Shown in pieces: positions 10,121 to 17,380 of a DNA stretch of 64,000 bases. The notes below the pieces were generated by a model. The model was not told the DNA's origin and did not search any database. It saw nothing but the letters and a program-made list of their open reading frames with translations. Each line of letters starts with the position of its first letter. The first letter of the stretch is position 1. Source of the stretch: an uncultured Acidobacteriaceae bacterium (GTDB lineage: Bacteria; Acidobacteriota; Terriglobia; Terriglobales; Acidobacteriaceae); assembly GCA_903828675.1 (NCBI GenBank), contig CAIKND010000213.1, positions 29,114 through 93,113 of the forward strand, read 5' to 3'. Made by a program: the position numbers and the translations under genes.

Positions 10121-11004
10121 GCATGCCTCCCTGGCGCAGCCGTTACGCAGTTTCCACCCGCATGGATGCTGGCTTCCATGCCTTGCTGCGCTCTCTCGAG
10201 CAGTAGCGCCAGCGTCTCGCCCATGCTGTGGTCGGCCTGGGCCGCTCCGATACTTACGGTGAGCGAGACGCGGTCGCCCCACCACCTGAAGTCAGCAGTC
10301 CTGGCCAATCCCGCCAGTGTCCGTGCATGGCCGGCGAGAATCTCAGGCGTGCGCTCGTACGAGATAATCAGAAACTCGCCATCGCCCCAGCGGCCCATTT
10401 CCTCAGCCGGCCGCAATCCCTGCGCCAGCGCCTTTTGCACCTTGGCCAGCATCGCCTCGCAGGCGCCGGCTCCGTGGGTCTTGTGCAATGCCGGCGCTTG
10501 ATCGACACCGATCCACATCACCCCAAACGGAGGGCCGCCGCGAACAAAGTCCTCATATTCACACTGCAACCTGTCTTCAAGGTCAGTCTGGCTTGCCTCC
10601 ACCGACTGGTTATCCCCAGTCTCCCCATGCGGAAGCGCGTCCAGGCTCTCCGCCGGATGAAAGACAATCGCACTGCCGATCCGCGTGCCCAGACCGTCGC
10701 GCAATACCAGAATCCGCGCGATCGCCTGCACCTCGTGGCCCAGCTTATGCCGCGCTCTGACCAGCTCCCCGCGGCGTGTTTGCGCCCCCGTCCCCGGCTC
10801 CGTATCCTCGTGCCGCGTCCGCTCCAGCAGTAGAGGTTCCAGTTCCTCGGGAACCGGCCGTGCCAGCAGGTCCACGCCCGCGTAACCTGTGATGGCCTCC
10901 GCGGCAAGGTTCCAGAACATCACCTCGCCCTCGACGTCAACCAGCGCGATGCCGTCCGGAAGACTCTCCAGCGCAGATTCAAGCATCTCCGTGCGGTCCA
11001 TCAT
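10105..11004 (-). CDS. PAS + degenerate GGDEF-domain protein
   Basis: PAS-like 'LESLPDGIALVD..FWNLAAEAITGY'; GGDEF fold with signature altered to RWGDGEF and C-terminal VSLTVSIG; AAAGGA RBS before ATG 11004; 16-bp overlap with motA. Confidence 0.85.
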   Translation of the reverse strand: MMDRTEMLESALESLPDGIALVDVEGEVMFWNLAAEAITGYAGVDLLARPVPEELEPLLLERTRHEDTEPGTGAQTRRGELVRARHKLGHEVQAIARILVLRDGLGTRIGSAIVFHPAESLDALPHGETGDNQSVEASQTDLEDRLQCEYEDFVRGGPPFGVMWIGVDQAPALHKTHGAGACEAMLAKVQKALAQGLRPAEEMGRWGDGEFLIISYERTPEILAGHARTLAGLARTADFRWWGDRVSLTVSIGAAQADHSMGETLALLLERAQQGMEASIHAGGNCVTAAPGRHACLPS

Positions 11005-11106
11005 TCCATTCCTTTCAAATGAGCTTCGCCACCCTCGCATCCGCGTGCCGCGCCCTGACGCACAGCAATTTCAAACTCACGCGAACTGAGAACCCGCATA
11101 ACTGCT

Positions 11107-11133
11107 TCATCGGCACACCCCTGCCTAACTTCA
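11107..11133 (-). promoter_or_regulatory. Sigma28 (FliA)-type promoter for the PAS-GGDEF/motA/motB operon
   Basis: Minus strand reads TGAAGTTA-N11-GCCGATGA versus consensus TAAAGTTT-N11-GCCGATAA, about 100 bp upstream of the first gene. Confidence 0.7.
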
Positions 11134-11391
11134 TTGCCCCGCACTGCAATGAGAGCGTTGGAAATCGCTCATGAAAAGGGTGTAACGAACAGCCGGCGCT
11201 CGCCCGCAGAGACGCGCAGTGGCAGATGAGAGTGCTGGTGGAGCCTGTGCACAAGGAACTGATGGCCCCACTCTCCTTAGGAACATCCAAGGACTGTGTA
11301 GCCTGCGTCATGTTGCTCAGGATGTTTTAAGGCATTGCCTCAATATCCGTCGTTTGGTGCCCTCAATGCTCCGTCGCACCAACCGCGCCAA

Positions 11392-12012
11392 CTACTTGCT
11401 GTCGGCAAGACCCGCATGAACCACGTAGCGTTCTGGCGCTGAACCAATAAAACTGAACGGGAAGCAGGTCACAAGCGTAAGCGAAGATCCGCTTGTGATC
11501 GACAGGATGCCGGTATCGTTGGGAGCCGTGATCTGCACCCAATCTACTTTGTAATGCGACAGGCCCGCCGGAGTCTGAATCTGAATCTCATCACCAGCCC
11601 GAACACCTCTCAGCCCGCGAAAGAACGTGTCGCGGTGACCGGCTATTCCGATGTTCCCCGACCCGCCGGGCAGCGCCGTTCCTTCAATATGGCCCGCACC
11701 CAGCCGCAACGTTCGCGATGTAGTCCCCTGTAGAATTGCCACCTTCAACCCAAGCCGGGGTATCGCAATGCGGCCCAGAACATCGCCTTCCCTGGCGGCA
11801 AGCCGAGGCACACTCGCTTTGAGATGTTCTTCGGCATGTATCTGTTGCTCGAGGGAATCGCTTGCGGCTTTTTGGAAGAGCCTTGCGTTCAGCAGTGTGA
11901 GCGCAACATAACAGAGCGCAAAGGCACCTGTGACAAAGAAGAATCTCTGTATCCAGACCAGAAACCTGCGGCTCTGCTTCGTAAACATCTCCTGGTCAGT
12001 CATGGTTATCAT
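11392..12012 (-). CDS. Class D-like sortase
   Basis: N-terminal TM anchor; GHIEGTALPG, IAGHRDTFFR (His), LTLVTCFPF (Cys) and APERY (Arg): all three sortase catalytic residues present. Confidence 0.9.
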   Translation of the reverse strand: MITMTDQEMFTKQSRRFLVWIQRFFFVTGAFALCYVALTLLNARLFQKAASDSLEQQIHAEEHLKASVPRLAAREGDVLGRIAIPRLGLKVAILQGTTSRTLRLGAGHIEGTALPGGSGNIGIAGHRDTFFRGLRGVRAGDEIQIQTPAGLSHYKVDWVQITAPNDTGILSITSGSSLTLVTCFPFSFIGSAPERYVVHAGLADSK

Positions 12013-13031
12013 GGCCGGCCATTCTGGTTCCCGGCGCCGGGTGTTGACGGCACGGTGAACCCTGCCCTGGTTCGAACCGACAAGTGCCCATGCCCCGGAG
12101 CGCTTGCCCTTATATCCAGAACCCGATAGCTGCCGTCGAGTTTGGCAATTGTGGGGACGTAGGCCAGAGAGTATTGAGTGCGAATATCGCGAGCGATCTC
12201 TTCGCAGATTGAGGTAATCTCTTTTGAAGATTCGGGGAAGAAAGCCTCTCCGCCTGTCTCTCGCGCAAACCGCCTGAGAACTGCCGGATTCCGATCTGCG
12301 TCCTGCTCGTCGAAGATGCCGATCACATAGATGATTGCGGAAGACTGCTTGGCCATGCCGATCACCTGCGCCAAACTGCGCTTGCTCGCATCATCGCCGC
12401 CGTCGCTCAAAAGGATCAGGACCTTCTTGTCGCGATTGCCCAGCCTCAGATGATCCAGAGCTGCGGCCATCCCGTCGTAGAGCGCGGTCTGGCCGATAGT
12501 CCTGATTTGAGATAGCGCCTTTTGCAGCACATCCGGCTGGTCGGTGAATGCAATATTCGCCGGGAGGCCAAGCGATACGGTGTCATTGAAGTTGACAACA
12601 AATATCTGATCCAAAGGGTTGCTCGAGCGGGCAAATGCCAGTGCCGAGGCAATCACGTCAGCGCGCTTCGGCTGCATGCTCCCGCTGTTATCTACAACAA
12701 TCCCGACTGTAACTGGAATATCTTCGTGACTGAAATATTTAATTTGTTGAAGTACGCCATCTTCATATATTTGAAAATTATCTTTACTAAGTCCGGACAC
12801 TAACGCATTGTGGCGATCCAGTACGGTCGCACTTAGCATCACAATGTCGGAATTCAGCTTGAGTGTGTAGTCGTCGCCGGAGTTACTCTGCGTCGATTGC
12901 ACATTCTGCGCCCTGATCACGCAGCTCATGTTCATAGCACTCATGAGCGCAAGCAGGCACAAGAAGGCTCCGCCTCCTGAGTTCTTGAAGCGGAATCGGG
13001 CAATGAACAGGTTTGGACACCGCATGCCCAT
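12009..13031 (-). CDS. VWA domain protein (acidobacterial VWFA type), secreted
   Basis: MIDAS DNSGS, GQTALYDG, LILLSDGGDD, RFARETGGEAF and IARDIRTQYSLAY; signal-like N-terminus; 4-bp overlap with the sortase start. Start uncertain (13025-13064). Confidence 0.88.
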   Translation of the reverse strand: MGMRCPNLFIARFRFKNSGGGAFLCLLALMSAMNMSCVIRAQNVQSTQSNSGDDYTLKLNSDIVMLSATVLDRHNALVSGLSKDNFQIYEDGVLQQIKYFSHEDIPVTVGIVVDNSGSMQPKRADVIASALAFARSSNPLDQIFVVNFNDTVSLGLPANIAFTDQPDVLQKALSQIRTIGQTALYDGMAAALDHLRLGNRDKKVLILLSDGGDDASKRSLAQVIGMAKQSSAIIYVIGIFDEQDADRNPAVLRRFARETGGEAFFPESSKEITSICEEIARDIRTQYSLAYVPTIAKLDGSYRVLDIRASAPGHGHLSVRTRAGFTVPSTPGAGNQNGRP

Positions 13032-13137
13032 CACTCCCTTGTCGCTTCGCGCCGCTACGGTCATTTCAATCGCCCGTCCAGCCCCTCAATGCAAATCTGA
13101 AACAGGAACACTCGTTGCCCGCACATGCGCTTGAATG

Positions 13138-13173
13138 AAAACAGAGGGCGATACGTGCGTACCGCCCCTGTTT
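13138..13173 (-). terminator. Possible terminator hairpin between the LPXTG gene and the VWA gene
   Basis: Imperfect inverted repeat AAACAGAGGGCG...CGCCCCTGTTT. Confidence 0.45.
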
Positions 13174-13235
13174 GACCTATTGTTCCCGGCTAACTCAATA
13201 GCTGCGCTTTCCACCGGGTCCGACCCTCGGCCAAT

Positions 13236-13931
13236 TTAGGCGCTGCGCTTCAACAGTCCGAAGAGCGCAAGGCCGCTGCCCAGTGCGAGGAATCCGAACA
13301 GCCCCATCAAGGGAAGATTGCTGGCTGTCTTGGGAAGAGAGGCCATAAGCACCGGCTCAGGTTTTACTTGCGGCACGGGAGGAGCTTCAACAACCGTGGC
13401 TTCATCAACTGTGTCTCCAGCCGGGCCGATCGCTTCAACGCGTGCAGTATTCAGATCGTCGACGGTTGAGGATGTTGTTACTACAGGTGTGGAAAGAACG
13501 GCCTCGTTGGTTTCCTTGGCCAATTCGATTGCCCTGGATCTTTCATACACAAACTGCTCGCCCCACTGGTGGCCGGGATAGAACCACGCTCTCAATGCTT
13601 CAGGCTGTCCGGCGGGCCGCTCCCTGAATGTGATGACGGTCTTGTCCGTTGGCTTCAAGCGATAGTTGGGAATCGCGAGAATGGTGGTGAATACATGCGT
13701 GCCTTCTTCGTTTGTGATCTGCACGATGTGGCGGTCGCTCAGCGAGTTCATCACCATGAACACATAAGTACCAGCAGGCAGAAGATGTTCGCCCACGCCC
13801 GGAACTTCCACCGGCCCGCTGAAGGTGATAACTGTCTTCCTGTTCCATTCGTCGGCCTTGGCTTTCGGCGCAACGAGTAAGCAAAGTACGGTAAGGCACA
13901 GTCCTGTTCCTAATCCCTTGAGCAGTGTCAT
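13236..13931 (-). CDS. Secreted protein with LPXTG-like (LPKTA) sorting signal
   Basis: Sec signal ending KAKA-D; C-terminus 'LPKTASNLPLMGLFGFLALGSGLALFGLLKRSA' = motif + hydrophobic helix + basic tail; LPKTA encoded at 13323-13337. Confidence 0.88.
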   Translation of the reverse strand: MTLLKGLGTGLCLTVLCLLVAPKAKADEWNRKTVITFSGPVEVPGVGEHLLPAGTYVFMVMNSLSDRHIVQITNEEGTHVFTTILAIPNYRLKPTDKTVITFRERPAGQPEALRAWFYPGHQWGEQFVYERSRAIELAKETNEAVLSTPVVTTSSTVDDLNTARVEAIGPAGDTVDEATVVEAPPVPQVKPEPVLMASLPKTASNLPLMGLFGFLALGSGLALFGLLKRSA

Positions 13932-14222
13932 TGTTTCTCCAATTGTTTCTCCGACCTGCTCGCACGGGGGTTGTTATGTTGCGAGGACTCTCATGTTGCC
14001 GGTTTCATAAGAGATTCAACGCCGGAACGTCCGGCAGAGTTCTATACCGTGGAGCACAGTTCAAGGTTCAGTCTCATTCATAGGGAAAGGCATTACTGGC
14101 TAATAGAGACCGCACTTACAAATGACCTTTCTATCTAATCTAAGTTGGAAACAGGCAGTGTAATAGCAGCAGAGCGTTGATTCTAATAGGACTACTTGGG
14201 ATATCCATATCTTTAAAAGTCT

Positions 14223-14251
14223 CTGGATGACGGTTCCCGACCGTCATCCAG
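14223..14251 (-). terminator. Intrinsic terminator after pepA
   Basis: 11-bp stem CTGGATGACGG / CCGTCATCCAG with 7-nt loop, followed by AGACTTTT on the minus strand. Confidence 0.7.
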
Positions 14252-14269
14252 GGACTTATCACCAGCTAT

Positions 14270-15775
14270 TTAATAGCTCCGCACCCACTCCAGAATCGAG
14301 CGCACAGCAACTCCGCTCGGGCCTTTGGCGATGTACGGACGCGAATCTTCCACCCAGGCCATACCCGCAATGTCGAGGTGGATCCACGGCGTGTCTTCGG
14401 CAAAAACTTTCAGGAACTCGGCAGCGGTAATCGCGCCACCCCAACGGCCGCCGGTGTTTTTTATGTCGCCGATGTCGCTCTTGATCATCTCGGCATACTC
14501 GTCGCCTAGCGGCAGCCGCCAGAATTTTTCACCTGAAATCGCCAGCGCCGACTCGAATCTGCCGTAGGTTTCGTCGTCATTCGAAAAAGCGCCCGCATTC
14601 ACCATGCCCAGAGCCACAACGCAGGCACCGGTCAGGGTAGCCGCGTCAATCAGGTGGGTCGCACCCAGTTGGCGTGCATAGGCCAGCCCATCAGCCAGCA
14701 CAAGCCGCCCTTCGGCATCCGTATTGATGATCTCAATCGTCTTGCCGGACATGGCGGTCTGCACGTCACCGGGCTTTTGCGCCTTGCCGTCAGGCATATT
14801 CTCAGCCGCGCACACAATTCCAATCACACGCACCCTGGGCTTCAGCAAAGCAATCGCGCGCATCGCGCCGATCATCGCCGCACCGCCCGCCATGTCGTAC
14901 TTCATCTTTTCCATGTTGTCGCCGGGCTTGAGGGAGATTCCGCCGGAATCGAAGGTGATGCCCTTACCGACCAGCCCCAGAATTGGACCCTCGTTAACCC
15001 CTTCCGGCTCGTACCGCAACACGATCAGCGCCGGTGGCTCCTCGGAGCCCTGGGAGACGCTCCAGAACGCGCCCATCTTCAGTTCGTGCAGTTTCTCAGT
15101 GGAGTGGACTTCGCATCCGAGCCCAACCTCAGCCGCCATCTCGGCAGCGCGCTGGCCCAGAATGGTTGGCGTCAGCTTGTTGCCCGGCTCGTTCACCAGC
15201 ACGCGGGTAAAGTTCTGGCTCTCGCCCACAATCACGCCCTCGGCAAACGCGGCCTCCAGGACAGCCTTATCAGGGCCGGCCTTGGCAATCAGCGTGAAGG
15301 TTTCGACGCTCACATCCTTGCGATCGCTGCGATAGGTGTCAGGATCGAAATCGCCCACAAACGCGCCTTCGACAGCTGCCCGCATGCACGCGTCCGCCGC
15401 CAACGCCCCGGCTTCAGGCAGAACAAGCACCAGTTCCTTGATGAAGCGTGGCTTCCCATAGCGCACGGCGGTCCCGGCCGCATTGCGCACATGGTTCGCC
15501 GTGGCCTTGGCCTGCTTGCCCAGCCCCACAATCAGCAGCCTTTTCGCCGCGATCCCTTGAGGGGCGTGCAGCAGCAGCGTCTCGCTGGCGCCGGCCTTGA
15601 ACTCGCCGCTTGCCAGTACAGCAGCGGCAGCGGCCGTGACAGCCGCGTCGGCGGTCAGAAGCACCGGTTGCGGTTTCGCTTCCGGCCCTTTGCCAGTTTG
15701 GGTGTCGACGGCCACCACGGCCAGCAGTTCAGTCTCAATCTCAAAAGCATTCGCAAAAGATAGTTGGGTCCGCAT
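14270..15775 (-). CDS. pepA: Leucyl aminopeptidase (M17)
   Basis: LVGKGITFDSGG, MKYDMAGGA and INTDAEGRLVLAD M17 signatures. Confidence 0.95.
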   Translation of the reverse strand: MRTQLSFANAFEIETELLAVVAVDTQTGKGPEAKPQPVLLTADAAVTAAAAAVLASGEFKAGASETLLLHAPQGIAAKRLLIVGLGKQAKATANHVRNAAGTAVRYGKPRFIKELVLVLPEAGALAADACMRAAVEGAFVGDFDPDTYRSDRKDVSVETFTLIAKAGPDKAVLEAAFAEGVIVGESQNFTRVLVNEPGNKLTPTILGQRAAEMAAEVGLGCEVHSTEKLHELKMGAFWSVSQGSEEPPALIVLRYEPEGVNEGPILGLVGKGITFDSGGISLKPGDNMEKMKYDMAGGAAMIGAMRAIALLKPRVRVIGIVCAAENMPDGKAQKPGDVQTAMSGKTIEIINTDAEGRLVLADGLAYARQLGATHLIDAATLTGACVVALGMVNAGAFSNDDETYGRFESALAISGEKFWRLPLGDEYAEMIKSDIGDIKNTGGRWGGAITAAEFLKVFAEDTPWIHLDIAGMAWVEDSRPYIAKGPSGVAVRSILEWVRSY

Positions 15776-15874
15776 AGCCCTTATTCTTTCATCGAATCCG
15801 CAACTTGTGGCAAATCACAGGGGCCTGATCCCCGTTTCAGCGGCAACCCTGCATATTTGTCTCGTATGTAGAAA

Positions 15875-15916
15875 ATGTCACATATAATGTTATTGACATC
15901 TATTGCATTTATGTCA
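15875..15916 (+). promoter_or_regulatory. Putative TA promoter/operator
   Basis: AT-rich; ATGTCA (15875-80), TGACAT (15894-99, overlapping a TTGACA -35 box) and ATGTCA (15911-16) form overlapping inverted repeats just upstream of the antitoxin. Confidence 0.5.
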
Positions 15917-15936
15917 TTATCATAGATTAGGTCACA

Positions 15937-16224
15937 ATGAAATATTCTGTCACAAATTCGGAATATGCTACTGCCCGCCTGAACAACAACGGCCGCATCG
16001 TCATCCCGGCGGAGATCAGGCGGGAGATGGGTCTCAAGCCCGGCGATGCCGTCGTCATGATATTGGAAGACGGTGTCCTACGGATCGAGTCGCACCGCGC
16101 CAGAATTCGCAATATCCAGGATGAATTCAAGAAATTGGCCCGGCCTGGGGCTCTCGCGTCGGACGAACTCGTAGACGAGCGCCGCGAAGAAGCGGTCCAG
16201 GAAATGGAGGAGTGGCTTGGATAA
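15937..16224 (+). CDS. AbrB/MazE/SpoVT-family antitoxin (VapB-like)
   Basis: 'RLNNNGRIVIPAEIRREMGLKPGDAVVMILEDGVLRIES' swapped-hairpin DNA-binding motif; overlaps the PIN gene. Confidence 0.88.
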   Translation: MKYSVTNSEYATARLNNNGRIVIPAEIRREMGLKPGDAVVMILEDGVLRIESHRARIRNIQDEFKKLARPGALASDELVDERREEAVQEMEEWLG

Positions 16225-16603
16225 GCTAGCCGTCCTCGACTCCTCGGCGATTCTCGCAGTCATCTTCAGGGAGCCCGGAAGCGAGGCTGTCATCGATCTG
16301 CTTCAGGGAGGATTGCTCAGCGCCGTGAATCTCGCCGAAGTCCACGCCCGCCTGCTCCTGGGCGGGTCCACCGCCGGGCTTGCCTGGGACCGTCTTCAGA
16401 GCCTGGGATGCGAGATATGCCCATTTGACAGCGCACAAGCTCGTCTGGCCGCCGAGCTGACCGGCAACACCCATTCCCAAGCCCTCTCCCTCGGGGCACG
16501 CGCTTGCCTGGCCCTGGCCATCGAGCGCAGCGCTACGGTCTACACCACTGACCGCGCATGGAAGAATCTTGCTTTGGGAATTGACGTCGAAGTGATCCGA
16601 TAA
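16217..16603 (+). CDS. vapC: PIN-domain toxin (VapC-like)
   Basis: VLDSSAILA, SAVNLAEV, LSLGARACLALA and YTTDRAW PIN motifs. The usual Asp in 'LSLGD' is Ala here. TTG start with GGAGGAG RBS. Confidence 0.85.
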   Translation: MDKLAVLDSSAILAVIFREPGSEAVIDLLQGGLLSAVNLAEVHARLLLGGSTAGLAWDRLQSLGCEICPFDSAQARLAAELTGNTHSQALSLGARACLALAIERSATVYTTDRAWKNLALGIDVEVIR

Positions 16604-16629
16604 ACCGGCATCAGGCGTTGGTTTCGCCT

Positions 16630-17181
16630 CTACCGCCCCATCTTGTGCTTGCTGGCGTTTACCGCGGCCCGGGCCTCGCGATCGCCCTCCCGCCGCTTTT
16701 CCGTCTCCCGCTTATCCCAGTCCTGCTTGCCTTTCGCCACCGCCAGTTCGCACTTAACCCTGCCATTCCGGAAATAAAGCCGGGTGGGGATGAGCGTGTG
16801 GCCTTTGATCTGCGTCTTGGAGAGTAGCTTGCGAACCTCCTCCCGGTGCAACAGCAGCTTGCGGGTGCGGGTGGCGTCGTGGTTGGCTATGTTGCCATGG
16901 GAGTAAGGACCGATATGTACGTTCAGCAGAAAAGCCTCGCCGTCCTTGATGAGGCCGTAGGAGTCTTTCAGGTTGGCCTGGCCCTCGCGGATCGACTTCA
17001 CTTCCGTCCCGCGCAGCGCCACGCCCGCTTCAAATCTGTCCAGCAGAAAGTAGTTGTGGCTGGCCACCCGATTATGCGCAGCGTCCCGCTCGCCGCTGGC
17101 CACAGGGTCGCGCGGCTTGGACGGCTTTTGCGGGCCGGAAGCCTCCTTGGCGACAATCACATGACTGGTTTGACGGGGCAT
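16630..17181 (-). CDS. smpB: SsrA-binding protein
   Basis: HNYFLLDRFEAGVALRGTEVKSIR, RTRKLLLHREE, GKQDWDKRE; start trimmed to ATG 17181. Confidence 0.95.
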   Translation of the reverse strand: MPRQTSHVIVAKEASGPQKPSKPRDPVASGERDAAHNRVASHNYFLLDRFEAGVALRGTEVKSIREGQANLKDSYGLIKDGEAFLLNVHIGPYSHGNIANHDATRTRKLLLHREEVRKLLSKTQIKGHTLIPTRLYFRNGRVKCELAVAKGKQDWDKRETEKRREGDREARAAVNASKHKMGR

Positions 17182-17380
17182 AGCAAAACATCCTCGAATC
17201 TTCATCCTAGCATTGGCGCGAGTTTTACCCGCGCTCGAGTGGGGCTTTGCTAAAATGAGGCATCGTTGGTTGAAGAATCTTTCCGACAGGAAATGCGTCA
17301 GCATGTGCGTCCGGGGCAGCCAAGGCAGCCCTCAGGGACCCGGCGGAGAATCCGGGCCGGCCAAGACGCCTGGGAGTACG

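Noticed and set aside
11041-11391. c-di-GMP riboswitch upstream of the GGDEF-motAB operon
   Set aside because: No class I (GNRA loop/receptor, GCAAA...GACGC) or class II pattern recognised by eye; an Rfam scan would settle it.
15891-15919. dif-like site (TTATGTCATTA resembles the XerD arm)
   Set aside because: The XerC arm and spacing do not fit; better explained as the TA operator palindrome.
16604-17380. tmRNA (ssrA) or prophage attachment site near smpB
   Set aside because: No GGGG...CCACCA tRNA-like ends, tag-peptide frame or integrase seen.
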